A stretch of 60,088 nucleotides of DNA from an uncultured Candidatus Saccharibacteria bacterium (GCA_964470785.1 CAYYED010000045.1:1-60088); one strand, 5' to 3'; counted from the first letter of the stretch, positions 27,328 to 37,447 are shown. Numbers and translations: made by a program. Notes: a model not told the origin generated them from the letters alone.

Positions 27328-28869
27328 TCAGGTTTCGTCCCAAAAGCCCCAGGGGTTGATAATACGGAAACTGTGCTTTCTTTTCCAATTTCGGACAAGA
27401 TAAGCCAAAAAAAGGTAAAAAATAATGATGAAAATCCAAGAGGTTTTTAGGTGGATAGAAGAAAAGCGGTAACCGGCAAAAAATTGAGAAATTTGAATAA
27501 TATAGGAAAGAAGAATTTGGGCCGGGAAAATGAAAATCAGAGCCAAGTAATGGGAAATTATTCCCATTAGGGCAGACATAAAACCTAAAACAAGAACAAA
27601 AGGCAGAATAGGCAAGACCAAAATATTGGTTAAGGGAGCGACTAAAGAAATATAACCGAAATTATAGACCAAGATAGGCAGAGTGAAAATCTGGGCAGAC
27701 AGGGTCACTGCCAAAATACTTCTAATCTGCAATCTTTTAGGAATCTTTTTCAGCCAAGAAAAAATAATTGGATAAAGATAATTAATGCCCATAACTGCCA
27801 AAAAAGAAAGCTGAAAACCGATTTCTTCCAAATACGAAGGATTAATTCCCAGCATCACCACCGCTCCAAATAAAATGACTCTGGAAGAATCGCTTCTCCT
27901 GCCTAATGCCTGTCCCAAAAAGTATAGAAAACTGAAAATTCCTGCTCTGACGGCAGAGGGCTGGGCTCCGGTGAGAAGGATGAAAAATAAAACGCAAAGC
28001 ATCGTTGCCACAAATGCCTGCTGGCGCCAAAGCCCCAAGCCCAAGAAAAAAAGCATTAATATGCCGGTAATAATAGTAATGTGCATTCCGGAAATGGCGC
28101 TTAAGTGGCGGATGCCTGCTTTGTTAAGAGTTTCTTTTAAATCATCAGGCAATTTTCCCTTGTCTCCCAAAATCAAGGCGCTTAAAAGATATTGTTCGCT
28201 CGCGGGAAAACCCCTATAAATTGAACTTCTTAATGACTGCTTAAAATCAATAATTTTTGCCTGCCAATAAGAAAAAATATTTTTATATCTTTCCGTGCTG
28301 ATAATTTGTATATCGGGATCAAAAACCAAGCCATAAATTCTCTTCTTTTGGAGATAGTCATTGTAATCAAAATCCGGAAAAATAGGCGGCCCTTCAAGCG
28401 TGCCCGTAATTTTAATTTTGTCTGCATATTGATATTCCGGAAAACGGGGGAGATAAGTCAAAATTTTTGCCTTGCCTAAAACCGGTTTTTGAAAAACCTC
28501 TTCTACGCTAACAACTAATTTTTGCCTTGCGTCATCTATTTCCGGCTCTTCAATAATCCGGCATATGGACTGAATACGGCTCCCATAAAGAGCTTCTAAA
28601 GGATTATCTGCGATCCGATCGCAAGATCCTGCTCCCCGAAAAAATCCCAATATAAAAAAACAGAGGCAAAAAAATGCTATTATTTTTTTATCTTTGGTTT
28701 TTAGAAAGATTAAAAAAATTAGGAAAATGAAAAAGGATATGACAATCGGCCAGCCTAAACCGCTGGCTTGCGCCAGCGGTCGGCCAAAGAAAACGCCTGC
28801 AATAAAAGACAGGCAGGAATAGATAAAAATTTTAGAAATTGTTTCGCTATCTAATCTCACAAATTTCAA
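27328..28869 (-). CDS. comEC: ComEC/Rec2 DNA-internalisation channel (competence domain only, no beta-lactamase-fold domain)
   Basis: Polytopic membrane protein with SALILGDKGKL...AGIRHLSAISGMHITII. Confidence 0.85.
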   Translation of the reverse strand: MKFVRLDSETISKIFIYSCLSFIAGVFFGRPLAQASGLGWPIVISFFIFLIFLIFLKTKDKKIIAFFCLCFFILGFFRGAGSCDRIADNPLEALYGSRIQSICRIIEEPEIDDARQKLVVSVEEVFQKPVLGKAKILTYLPRFPEYQYADKIKITGTLEGPPIFPDFDYNDYLQKKRIYGLVFDPDIQIISTERYKNIFSYWQAKIIDFKQSLRSSIYRGFPASEQYLLSALILGDKGKLPDDLKETLNKAGIRHLSAISGMHITIITGILMLFFLGLGLWRQQAFVATMLCVLFFILLTGAQPSAVRAGIFSFLYFLGQALGRRSDSSRVILFGAVVMLGINPSYLEEIGFQLSFLAVMGINYLYPIIFSWLKKIPKRLQIRSILAVTLSAQIFTLPILVYNFGYISLVAPLTNILVLPILPFVLVLGFMSALMGIISHYLALIFIFPAQILLSYIIQISQFFAGYRFSSIHLKTSWIFIIIFYLFLAYLVRNWKRKHSFRIINPWGFWDET

Positions 28870-29334
28870 AATAATCTTTTATGGCTTGCTTAATCTCCTG
28901 CAAATACTCGTCAGGATAAGGTTGAATATTCTGAAACTCGGGATTGATTGTCCCCTGTTTTGTTTGAAAATGCTGTAAATAATATTTTTCTGCCGGAGAA
29001 ATGTCTTTGGCAATTTGAATAATATCTTCTTTAGCATGAATGCCCGGCATCACGGTCGTGCAAAACTCGTATTCAACGCCAGAATTTTTTATTATCTCAA
29101 CACTCTTTTCAATTTCCTTTAAATTAACTCTTACCCCAACAGTTTATTCATATTTATTTTTTATTTTTAATTTGTGTTTTTGATTTTTGATTTTTGATTT
29201 TTAGCGCCGATAGGCGCCTTAACATCCATCGCCAGATAATCCACCAATCTCTCCCGAATCAATCTTTTTAGCATTTTAGGATTAGAGCCATTAGTATCCA
29301 GTTTCACCAAAAAACCCAAATATGCGGATAACTC
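28847..29334 (-). pseudogene. Remnant of an anaerobic ribonucleotide reductase activase-like radical-SAM gene (N-terminus missing, interrupted by an AT-rich insertion)
   Basis: Own translation gives ELSAYLGFLVKLDTNGSNPKMLKRLIRERLVDYLAMDVKAPIGAKNQKSKIKNTN*. After the (TCAAAAA)n-rich stretch at 29150-29200 it continues ...VNLKEIEKSVEIIKNSGVEYEFCTTVMPGIHAKEDIIQIAK... No CxxxCxxC region is present. The track shows only the last 68 aa. Confidence 0.65.
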
Positions 29335-29343
29335 AAAAAATTT

Positions 29344-30270
29344 TCAAACCCCGGCGGCAATAAGGGTAATTTTTACTTCATCGGGGGGCAAGGCCTTGTC
29401 TTCAATGGCGCCGAAAATAATTCTGCCGGCAGAACAGCTGTTGGTAATAATTTTGGCCGCTTTTTCAATGTCAGCCAAAGAAAGATTTTTTCCTCCGGTG
29501 ATATTAAAAAGGATTTTATCGGTTTTGTTAAAAGCAAATTCCAGAAAAGGGGAATTAATCGCCATATTGGCGGCATCTTCTATGTTGTTCTCTCCCCTGG
29601 CCTTGCCCACGCCAAACAAAGCTGAACCGGAGTTGCTCATTATCGACCTGACATCGGCAAAATCCAAATTAATAATGCCCGGCTTTACCAAAAGATCGGA
29701 AATTCCCTGAACTGCCTGCCTTAAAATCTCATCGCAAAGCCAGAAAGCATGTTCAAATGTCGTTTCCGGGTTTATTTGAGAAAAAAGCTTATCATTGGGA
29801 ATAACAAAAAGAGTGTCTACTTTTGTTTTTAATTTTTTCTGGCCAAAAGAGGCAATCTTGTTTCTCTGAAGTCCTTCAAAAGAAAAAGGCAGTGTTACTG
29901 CCCCGATTGTTAAGGCCCCTGTTTGTTTGGCCGTCTCTGCTACTACGGGAGCGGCCCCGGTTCCTGTTCCCCCTCCTAATCCGCATACCACAAAAACAAT
30001 GTCTGCGCCCGCACAGACCTCCCTTATCTCTTCCCGGCTCTCTTTTGCCGCCTCTTCTCCAATATCGGGATTCATTCCTGCGCCCAGCCCCTTGGTGAGG
30101 CGCTTGCCAATCTGAATTTTCTTATCTGCTTTTGTCCTCTGTAAATCCTGAAAATCGCAATTAAGGGCAATTAGTTCCACGCCCTGAATATTGCATTTCG
30201 CCATCCGGGTAACAGCGTTACCGCCGGAACCCCCAACTCCTAACACTTTAATTTTGGCTTGCTTGCTCAT
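29344..30270 (-). CDS. ftsZ: Cell division GTPase FtsZ (core only, 308 aa)
   Basis: [10 protein letters not shown] and [13 protein letters not shown] motifs. The protein ends ...KITLIAAGV*, immediately after the globular core. Confidence 0.92.
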   Translation of the reverse strand: MSKQAKIKVLGVGGSGGNAVTRMAKCNIQGVELIALNCDFQDLQRTKADKKIQIGKRLTKGLGAGMNPDIGEEAAKESREEIREVCAGADIVFVVCGLGGGTGTGAAPVVAETAKQTGALTIGAVTLPFSFEGLQRNKIASFGQKKLKTKVDTLFVIPNDKLFSQINPETTFEHAFWLCDEILRQAVQGISDLLVKPGIINLDFADVRSIMSNSGSALFGVGKARGENNIEDAANMAINSPFLEFAFNKTDKILFNITGGKNLSLADIEKAAKIITNSCSAGRIIFGAIEDKALPPDEVKITLIAAGV

Positions 30271-30278
30271 AAAAATTA

Positions 30279-31499
30279 TTAGGGCACAAAAACTCTAAAA
30301 AATTTTTTAATCCTTGAAAAAATATTTAAACCCCCGGTACTGCCATTTTTTTCTTGTTCTTGGAATCCCTTAATAATCGCTCCGCAAAGTACGCTTAGGC
30401 AAGGGTCTTCTTCTATGCCAATAAAACCATGCGGCACTCCTTGCATCACGGGAAGCTTTAATTCCTTTTTAGCAAACTTCGTTATGCCGGAAAGATTTGC
30501 TCCGCCGCCGGTCAAAACAAGACCGGCAGGAAGCGAGTCGTGCCGGGAAATCTTTTTTAATTCTTTTTGTACCAATCTAAAAATCTCTGCTACCCTTGCC
30601 CTGCCTGCTTTAACCATTTTAGCGCTGTCAAAAACAAAATCTTCTTTGTCCTTGATATTAATTTTTTCTTTTTTTCTTTTGTTTTGAAAAATATGGGAAC
30701 CAAATTTTCTTTTAATCTGTTCGGCTATCTCTATATCCGTCTGAAGGGCAATAGCTATGTCCCGAGAAATATTTGCCGAGCCAACCGGCAAGACAGCCAA
30801 ATGAATTAAACATTTTTCTTCATAAACCGCGATACTGGTAACCTGCGCTCCGATATCTACTACAACAACTCCAAGTTCTTTTTGCTGAGGAGTTAGCACT
30901 GCTTCTGCCGCTAAGATAGGAGAAGGAATAATTTCTGCTATCTCTGCTTCTCCTCCAATAACCGCATCAATCAATCTTTTTAAGTAAGGAGAAAAAACGC
31001 ATATTACCAAGGCCTCTGCTTCCAATTTAATGCCTTTCATACCTTCCACGTCTTTAAGCCCGGATTCTCCGTCTACAGAAAATTCAATAGCCAAGGCATC
31101 GATAACCTCTCTGTTGCTATGGTCGTAACTAAAGCCGATATTTTTTGCTTCTTCTAAAACCCTTTCTTGGTCTTCGGCAGAGACCTTTTGATCTGCCCGG
31201 GAAATCGCCACCGCACCGCGCCCTTTTTTGGCTTCTACACGGGAATCGCCAATATTAATATAGGCCTTTTTTATTTTATACGGCTTCACCTCTGCTCTCA
31301 TTTTTGTTATTACCTGATAAACTTTTTCTGAAACGGCTTCCATATCTATAACTACTCCCTTCCTTATCCCTTCGGAAGGAACAGTTATTAAAGAAAGCAC
31401 TTCTATCTCTTTTCTATCTTTCCTTTTTTGGGCAACCATCCCTTTAATTGTTTCCGATCCAATATCAAGGGCAGTAATAATGTTTTGCTCTCTTGACAT
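30279..31499 (-). CDS. ftsA: Cell division protein FtsA
   Basis: Actin-like ATPase (ALDIGSETIKGMV, VVVDIGAQVTSIAV, LTGGGANLSGI). Located upstream of ftsZ. Confidence 0.9.
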   Translation of the reverse strand: MSREQNIITALDIGSETIKGMVAQKRKDRKEIEVLSLITVPSEGIRKGVVIDMEAVSEKVYQVITKMRAEVKPYKIKKAYINIGDSRVEAKKGRGAVAISRADQKVSAEDQERVLEEAKNIGFSYDHSNREVIDALAIEFSVDGESGLKDVEGMKGIKLEAEALVICVFSPYLKRLIDAVIGGEAEIAEIIPSPILAAEAVLTPQQKELGVVVVDIGAQVTSIAVYEEKCLIHLAVLPVGSANISRDIAIALQTDIEIAEQIKRKFGSHIFQNKRKKEKINIKDKEDFVFDSAKMVKAGRARVAEIFRLVQKELKKISRHDSLPAGLVLTGGGANLSGITKFAKKELKLPVMQGVPHGFIGIEEDPCLSVLCGAIIKGFQEQEKNGSTGGLNIFSRIKKFFRVFVP

Positions 31500-31503
31500 A
31501 AAG

Positions 31504-31926
31504 TTAAAAAAAATTAGAAAAATATTTTTCCTGCCTTGTTTCCATAATTCTTCTTTCTTTTAAGGCATAATGACTATATCCCAAAAGATGTAAAATGCCG
31601 TGAATTAAGACCCTTGCTAATTCTTTTCTCCAAGAGTCCTCTTTTTGCAATTTGGCATTTTCTCTGACCTGCGCCGGACAAATTAGAATCTCTCCTAATT
31701 GTAGCAAATGATTAGGGGGCAAGACAAATGAAAAAGACAAAACATCGGTCGGCTCGTTTTTTTTACGATAACGATTATTAATCTCTTTCATCTTTTGTTC
31801 GCTGATAAAAACAATGGAGACCTCTGATTTCCGGTTAATTCCTTCTTTTTTCAAAACAAACCGGACAATTTTTTCTAAAAACTTTTTGTCTATTGGGGTC
31901 TTGGTAAAATTGCTTATCTCAACCAT
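31504..31926 (-). CDS. ybeY: rRNA maturation endoribonuclease YbeY
   Basis: HGILHLLGYSH zinc-binding motif; 140 aa. Confidence 0.9.
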   Translation of the reverse strand: MVEISNFTKTPIDKKFLEKIVRFVLKKEGINRKSEVSIVFISEQKMKEINNRYRKKNEPTDVLSFSFVLPPNHLLQLGEILICPAQVRENAKLQKEDSWRKELARVLIHGILHLLGYSHYALKERRIMETRQEKYFSNFF

Positions 31927-32144
31927 TAAACCCGTCCTAATTTTTCTAACTTTTTATATTTATCTTTTATTTCCTCCCTTCTAAGAGCGGCTTTCTTTTT
32001 CTGGCCGGGGCTTAACGGCCGCTTTTCAAACTGGTTTTGTTTAATCCTATAAAGAATACCGCTTTTTCTGACAGCCCTGGAAAACCGGCTGACAAGCTGT
32101 CGAGTATTTTCTTTTTCTTTTTTTTCAATTATTATTCCTGACAT
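31926..32144 (-). CDS. rpsU: 30S ribosomal protein S21
   Basis: 72 aa and basic. LVSRFSRAVRKSGIL...FEKRP matches the S21 pattern. Confidence 0.7.
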   Translation of the reverse strand: MSGIIIEKKEKENTRQLVSRFSRAVRKSGILYRIKQNQFEKRPLSPGQKKKAALRREEIKDKYKKLEKLGRV

Positions 32145-32152
32145 ATTGTTTT

Positions 32153-33460
32153 TTAAGACGTCCGAGCATCCGCTCGGAGCAGCTTTTTTAACTCTTCAAT
32201 GACCTTTTCTAATTTAATTGTTGTTTGCTTTCCTGTTTTCATATCCCTTAAAATAATATTGCTCCTTTTTGTCTCTTCTTCTCCTAAAATCAGCGTATAT
32301 TTTACCTCCTGCTTATCGGCTATTTTTAATTGGGCAGATAGGGACCCTCTGTCCAAGGATTCGGAAACGGAAAGGTTTGCTTTTCTAAAATCTTCCAACA
32401 AATTAAATGCTTTTATCTTGGCCGTGTCGCCGAGTTGAGCCAAAAATACTTCGGGCGATGCCGGGGTAGGGACTTTTATTTCCCTTTCTTTCATCGCGGC
32501 AATAACTCTCTCTACTCCTCCGGCCGCCCCAAAAGCAGATACTTCTTTGTTAGAAAAAAGCTTTATTAAATTATCATATCTTCCGCCTCCTGCCAGGCTT
32601 GACTGCGCTTTTTGCAATTCTTTTTCAACAGTTATCTCAAAAACCGTTCTTGTATAATAATCCAATCCTCTGACCAGATAAGGGTTAAGATTATAGGGCA
32701 AACCCAAGTCGTCCAATAACTCCAAAACTTTTCTAAAGTGGTTATGGCAAGGCTTGCAAAGATGATCAATGGCTTGGGGAGCAGCGGCAATTGTCTGCTG
32801 ACAACTTTCTTCTTTGCAATCAAGTACTCTTAAGGGGTTTGTTTTAAGCCGCCTTCTGCAATCGGGACAAAGCAGGCGTATGTTTTTCTTTAAATAATTT
32901 ATCAATAATTTTTTGTATTCCGGCTGGCATTCTCGGTCTCCAATGCTGTTAATTTGAATAACAATGTCTTTAATGCCCAAGGATTGAAAAATATTATAAA
33001 AAAGATAAATTATTTGTACATCCATGGCCGGCCTTTCAGAGCCAAATGCCTCTAAATTAAACTGATGAAACTGTCTAAGCCGTCCTGCTTGAGGCCTATC
33101 TTGGCGGAATAAGGGCCCAAAAGAAAAAAGCTTCACCGGCTGGGACAAAGAATTCATTCCGTGCTGGATATATGCCCTGGCTAAAGACGGGGTAAATTCG
33201 GGACGAAGAGCAAGAAAATCCCCGCCTTTAGTGCGCAAAACGTACATTTGTTTTTCTATAATGTCCGTGTCAGCACCCGTGCCTTTTTCAAACAATTCAG
33301 CATGTTCTAAAATCGGCGGAGTAATCTCGCTAAACCCGTAGAAAGAAGAATACGCCTCTACAATCCTGTATATTTTTTTATAATACGGCTGGTCTTCCGG
33401 CAAGATGTCAGGCATTCCGGAGGGAGTTTGAATTTTGTCTTTAGTTATTTTAGAACTCAT
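32153..33460 (-). CDS. hisS: Histidine--tRNA ligase
   Basis: GMPDILPED, class II motifs (FRQDRPQAGRLRQFHQ, GGGRYDNL) and an anticodon-binding C-terminus. Start set at the ATG at 33460. Confidence 0.92.
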   Translation of the reverse strand: MSSKITKDKIQTPSGMPDILPEDQPYYKKIYRIVEAYSSFYGFSEITPPILEHAELFEKGTGADTDIIEKQMYVLRTKGGDFLALRPEFTPSLARAYIQHGMNSLSQPVKLFSFGPLFRQDRPQAGRLRQFHQFNLEAFGSERPAMDVQIIYLFYNIFQSLGIKDIVIQINSIGDRECQPEYKKLLINYLKKNIRLLCPDCRRRLKTNPLRVLDCKEESCQQTIAAAPQAIDHLCKPCHNHFRKVLELLDDLGLPYNLNPYLVRGLDYYTRTVFEITVEKELQKAQSSLAGGGRYDNLIKLFSNKEVSAFGAAGGVERVIAAMKEREIKVPTPASPEVFLAQLGDTAKIKAFNLLEDFRKANLSVSESLDRGSLSAQLKIADKQEVKYTLILGEEETKRSNIILRDMKTGKQTTIKLEKVIEELKKLLRADARTS

Positions 33461-33464
33461 TTTT

Positions 33465-34001
33465 TTAATTTTGAGCGAATACCCTGAACGGCCAGAGACG
33501 GAAACCGACCTTCCCAATGATGCTCTCTTTTTTTATTGTTCCAAAAATTCGGGAATCATAAGAAGCGGAACGATTATCCCCTAAAACAAAATATTCGTCC
33601 CCTCCCATCGTTACCTTAACGGTACCGGAAGTAAATGTTTCCGCAGGAAGATATACTGATTCTTCTAAATGAAAACCTTTCCCTTGAGATTCTACATAAA
33701 TATCGCCCTCTGTTATTTTTAAGGATTCTCCGGGCAAACCAATAACTCGTTTAATAAATCTTTCTGACGGATTATTGGGGTTGTAAAAAACCACAATATC
33801 TCCTCTTTCGGGCTCGGAGAAGCGGTAGGAAATTTGGTCAACTATTAAATAATCATAATTATGAAAATTCGGTTCCATACTGGCGCCGCGCACAAAAAAT
33901 GGCTGAAAAATAAAAACCCTGATTGGTATAACAATCAGCAAAGCAATAATGGCTATCTTTACTACATCCCAAATAAAATAAAGGATTGATTTAATAAACA
34001 T
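33465..34001 (-). CDS. lepB: Signal peptidase I
   Basis: GASMEPNF (Ser box), RGDIVVF and GDNRSASYDSR. Confidence 0.92.
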   Translation of the reverse strand: MFIKSILYFIWDVVKIAIIALLIVIPIRVFIFQPFFVRGASMEPNFHNYDYLIVDQISYRFSEPERGDIVVFYNPNNPSERFIKRVIGLPGESLKITEGDIYVESQGKGFHLEESVYLPAETFTSGTVKVTMGGDEYFVLGDNRSASYDSRIFGTIKKESIIGKVGFRLWPFRVFAQN

Positions 34002-34207
34002 AATCTTTTATATTAAAACAAAACTGCTTTTTTGGCAAATAAATGTGCCGGATAGGCATATTGGGAATACTCCGCCCCCGCAAAATTATGCGGAAATGGT
34101 TCCCCGCATCAATTCTCCCTCTCTTTTTTTTTGGAGGGGAAATAAAAAGACCTTAATCCTCCCTCTTCCCTTGGGGAAGGGGGAGGAAGGAGGGGGACGG
34201 GGTTCTC

Positions 34208-34236
34208 TTTCCTATATATATTCCTCTTGTTATAAT
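34208..34236 (+). promoter_or_regulatory. Extended -10 promoter candidate for pth
   Basis: TGTTATAAT at 34228-34236. The -35 is weak. Confidence 0.4.
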
Positions 34237-34259
34237 AAGAAAGCTAAAACAGGCAAATT

Positions 34260-34817
34260 ATGAAAAAAATTTTTTTAATAGTCGGCTTGGGAAATCCGGG
34301 AAAAAAGTACCAGAACACGCCGCATAACATTGGTTTTGAAGCACTTATTTTGCTAAAAAAGGAATTGGGCTTTTCTCCTTGGCAAGAAAAAACAAAATTA
34401 AAAGCAAAAATCAGCAGAGGAAAAATTGATGGGAAAGAAATTATTCTGGCAAAACCGCAGACATTTATGAATAATTCCGGCAAGGCCGTTCAGGCAATAA
34501 AAAATTTTTATAAAATTCCCTTAAAAAATATCTGGATAATTCACGATGACCTTGACTTAGGTCTGGGAAAAATGAGAATAAAAAAGGACTCTTCTTCCGG
34601 CGGACACAAGGGGGTCGAATCCATTATTTCTTCTTTGGGTACGCAAAACTTTAACCGAATAAAAATAGGAATTTGGGACAAAACAAAGGAAAGAAAAAAT
34701 ATCAATACCAAAACGTTTGTGCTGAAAAAATTTTCTGAGCAAGAAAAAATTATTATCCAAGAAGCGCGACAAAAAGCGGTTTCTTTGTTAAAAAACCAAA
34801 TTTCCACATCATTCTAA
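34260..34817 (+). CDS. pth: Peptidyl-tRNA hydrolase
   Basis: LIVGLGNPGKKYQNTPHNIGF, DDLDL and GHKGV. Confidence 0.93.
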   Translation: MKKIFLIVGLGNPGKKYQNTPHNIGFEALILLKKELGFSPWQEKTKLKAKISRGKIDGKEIILAKPQTFMNNSGKAVQAIKNFYKIPLKNIWIIHDDLDLGLGKMRIKKDSSSGGHKGVESIISSLGTQNFNRIKIGIWDKTKERKNINTKTFVLKKFSEQEKIIIQEARQKAVSLLKNQISTSF

Positions 34818-34824
34818 TCCAGCC

Positions 34825-34930
34825 CCTCCACGTCATTCTGAGTCAGCAGACGAAGAATCCCCGTGGTAATATTCTAAATAACGGGATCCTTCACTCCTCG
34901 ACAACCTCGGGGTTCAAGATGACGGTGGAG
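34825..34930. repeat. 106-bp palindromic hairpin element of the same 'M' type
   Basis: CCTCCACGTCATTCTGAG...GAAGAATCCCCGTGG / CGGGATCCTTC...TTCAAGATGACGGTGGAGG. Confidence 0.8.
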
Positions 34931-35030
34931 GAAAAGCAGGATAACGGTAGAGGCATGTTCGAACAATAATTATATATATTCTTCGAGCGAAATCGAGAAG
35001 TTCAATTAAGCAACAACAAACCAATAAACC

Positions 35031-37085
35031 ATGAAACTGATAATTGTAGAGAGCCCAACAAAATCAAAAAGTTTAGGAGCGTTTTTAGGCAAAGATTATC
35101 AAATTGCCGCCAGTTTTGGCCATGTGCGCGACTTGCCCAAGTCAAAGCTGGGCATAGATGTGGAAAATAATTTTGAGCCGCAATATGTTATTCCCACTAA
35201 ATCCAGAAAAACAGTCAATTTTTTAAAAAAGGCCTGTAAAGAAGCTGAAAATATTATTCTTGCTGTTGATGAAGACAGAGAAGGAGAAGCCATTGCTTTT
35301 CATCTCAAAGAAGCGCTCGGACTGAAAGATCACCAAAGAATTGTTTTTCATGAAATTACCAAAAATGCTATTTTGCAGGCCCTGCAAAACCCCAGACAAA
35401 TTGATATGCAAAGGGTTAATGCCCAGGTTGCCAGAAGGGTCTTAGACCGGCTGGTCGGCTACAAACTCTCCCCCCTGCTTTGGAAAAAAGTAGCCCGCGG
35501 ACTTTCGGCCGGGAGGGTACAATCGGTGGCCGTGCGCCTGATTGTAGAAAGAGAAAGAAAAATTGAAAAATTTATTCCACAGGAGTACTGGGAGATTGCA
35601 GCAGAGCTGCAATCACAGATTAACGCAAATAAAAAGCAGATTAATGCAGATAATAAATCTTTTTTAGCCAAGCTGGTTAAAAAAGACGGAAAGAGAGTTC
35701 CAAAATTCGGAATTACTAATAAAAAACAAGCAGAAGAAATTGTCAAAGACATTAAGGGCGCAGATTTTATTGCAGACAATATAGAAAGAAAAGAAGTCAA
35801 AAAAAATCCTTTGCCGCCCTTTACCACCAGTTCGCTTCAGCAAACAGCCGGATACCAGCTTCACTTTTCTTCGCAAAGAACAATGTCTTTAGCGCAAAAA
35901 TTATATGAAAGGGGCTTAATTACTTATCACCGCACCGATTCTTTGAGTTTATCAGAACAATCACTCTCTTCTGCCAAAAGTTTTATCCTAAAACAATTTG
36001 GAGAAAAATATTGGCCCGGTTATTTTAGAAAATACAAAACAACCAAAAAAGGGGCGCAAGAAGCGCATGAAGCAATAAGACCCGCTCGTCCCGAACTCCT
36101 TCCTGAAAAATTAAATGCTCAAGATAATTCCTTAAAAAAACTTTACCAACTAATTTGGCAAAGGTTTATTGCTTCCCAAATGAAAGAGGCTGTTTTTGAT
36201 TCTGTAAATATTAAAATCAAGGCAAAAAATTATACTTTTCAAGCCAATGGCCAAACATTAAAATTTGACGGATTTTTAAGGGTTTATCCTATGAGCTTTA
36301 AAGATGTTTCTTTGCCTCGGCTCACAGAACAAGAAAAACTGAAACTGTTAAAACTTGAGCCGACCCAGCATTTTACCCAGCCGCCGGCAAGATATAATGA
36401 ACCCTCTTTAATAAAAATATTAGAAGAAAAAGGCATTGGCAGGCCATCCACTTACGCGCCGATTATTTCCACTATTCAAAAAAGAAATTATGTTCAAAAA
36501 AACGAGCAAAAAAGATTTTTTCCTACCGAGATTGGCACGGTGGTAAATGATTTGTTGGTAGAGCATTTTCCTAAGGTTGTAGACATAGAATTTACCGCTA
36601 AAATGGAAGAAGATCTTGATAAAATTGCCCAAGGTCAAAAAGAATGGCAAAAAATAGTTAAAGAATTTTATGAGCCATTTGCCCGACAATTAGAAGAAAA
36701 ATATCAAAATCTTTCCAAGCAGGAAATAGCCGAACAGACGACAGATAAAATCTGCCCTCAATGTGGAGCGCCCCTGATAATCAAACTGGGAAGATTTGGA
36801 AAGTTTTATGCTTGTTCCAAGTTTCCTGAATGCAAATACACAGAATCGCTTGAAAGTAATAAAATTAATATTCCCTGCCCAAAATGCAAAGACGGGTTTT
36901 TGACAGAAAAAAGAACCAGAAAAGGTAAAATATTTTACGGATGTTCCAGGTATCCGGCTTGCGATTTCGCGCTTTGGGATAAACCAACCAAAGAAAAATG
37001 CCCCAAGTGCGGCTCTTTAATGGTAGAAACAAAAAGAGGAAAAATAGCGTGCTCCAATAAAGAATGTAAAGGGCTTGAGAAATAA
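35031..37085 (+). CDS. topA: DNA topoisomerase I with C-terminal zinc ribbons
   Basis: TOPRIM domain (LIIVESPTKSK, DEDREGE), YHRTDS active-site Tyr region and three CxxC...CxxC fingers. Confidence 0.95.
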   Translation: MKLIIVESPTKSKSLGAFLGKDYQIAASFGHVRDLPKSKLGIDVENNFEPQYVIPTKSRKTVNFLKKACKEAENIILAVDEDREGEAIAFHLKEALGLKDHQRIVFHEITKNAILQALQNPRQIDMQRVNAQVARRVLDRLVGYKLSPLLWKKVARGLSAGRVQSVAVRLIVERERKIEKFIPQEYWEIAAELQSQINANKKQINADNKSFLAKLVKKDGKRVPKFGITNKKQAEEIVKDIKGADFIADNIERKEVKKNPLPPFTTSSLQQTAGYQLHFSSQRTMSLAQKLYERGLITYHRTDSLSLSEQSLSSAKSFILKQFGEKYWPGYFRKYKTTKKGAQEAHEAIRPARPELLPEKLNAQDNSLKKLYQLIWQRFIASQMKEAVFDSVNIKIKAKNYTFQANGQTLKFDGFLRVYPMSFKDVSLPRLTEQEKLKLLKLEPTQHFTQPPARYNEPSLIKILEEKGIGRPSTYAPIISTIQKRNYVQKNEQKRFFPTEIGTVVNDLLVEHFPKVVDIEFTAKMEEDLDKIAQGQKEWQKIVKEFYEPFARQLEEKYQNLSKQEIAEQTTDKICPQCGAPLIIKLGRFGKFYACSKFPECKYTESLESNKINIPCPKCKDGFLTEKRTRKGKIFYGCSRYPACDFALWDKPTKEKCPKCGSLMVETKRGKIACSNKECKGLEK

Positions 37086-37111
37086 AATTTTTCTTGCTAA
37101 ATTCAAAACAG

Positions 37112-37195
37112 GCCTGGGTGGCGGAATTGGTTTACGCGTACGACTCAAAATCGTATGGGATTACTCCCGTGTGGGTTCGAGTCCCACCCCAGGCA
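37112..37195 (+). tRNA. tRNA-Leu (anticodon CAA), long variable arm, CCA not encoded
   Basis: Hand fold: acceptor GCCTGGG/CCCAGGC; anticodon stem TACGA/TCGTA with loop CTCAAAA; variable arm TGGGATTACTCCCGT; T arm GTGGG-TTCGAGT-CCCAC. Confidence 0.85.
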
Positions 37196-37210
37196 CATAA
37201 TAGTGGATTC

Positions 37211-37230
37211 GCCCCGTCATTCGACGGGGC
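37211..37230 (+). terminator. GC hairpin directly after tRNA-Leu
   Basis: GCCCCGTC-ATTC-GACGGGGC followed by a short T stretch. Confidence 0.45.
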
Positions 37231-37253
37231 GTCCTTTAATCTTCTGCAAAAAA

Positions 37254-37446
37254 CTGCAGAGGTGGGCCTCCGCACTCTCTCTTTCTCTGCGCTTTTACGG
37301 GAGTATGCGGGAGTTCTGCGGGAGTTCTGCGGGAGTTAGACTCCCGTCTTCGGGAGTTAGACTCCCGTCTTCGGGAGTTAGACTCCCGCAAAGCCACGCC
37401 AGTACTGGCTTCGGAACTTCGGAAGTTCCGAAACAAAAGACCCGGG
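37254..37446 (+). repeat. Mosaic repeat 'D', copy 1
   Basis: Contains (GGGAGTTCTGC)n and (GGGAGTTAGACTCCCGTCTTC)n hairpins plus the tail CCAGTACTGGCTTCGGAACTTCGGAAGTTCCGAAACAAAAGRCCCGGG. Near-identical to 45745-45906 apart from unit copy number (3 versus 2 hairpin units). Confidence 0.9.
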
Positions 37447-37447
37447 T

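Noticed and set aside
28847-29053. 68-aa ORF as an independent small gene overlapping the comEC start
   Set aside because: Its sequence (TTVMPGIHAKEDIIQIAK...) is the C-terminal part of the NrdG-like radical-SAM family. I treat it as part of the pseudogene remnant.
29341-29346. UGA recoding (genetic code 25, as in some CPR lineages), which would fuse FtsZ to the downstream in-frame sequence
   Set aside because: TGA clearly terminates other genes of normal length here, for example the GlmU-like gene at 53496 with its ATGA overlap. The downstream frame also hits TAA stops and lacks the radical-SAM N-terminus. Standard code with a pseudogene remnant is the simpler reading.
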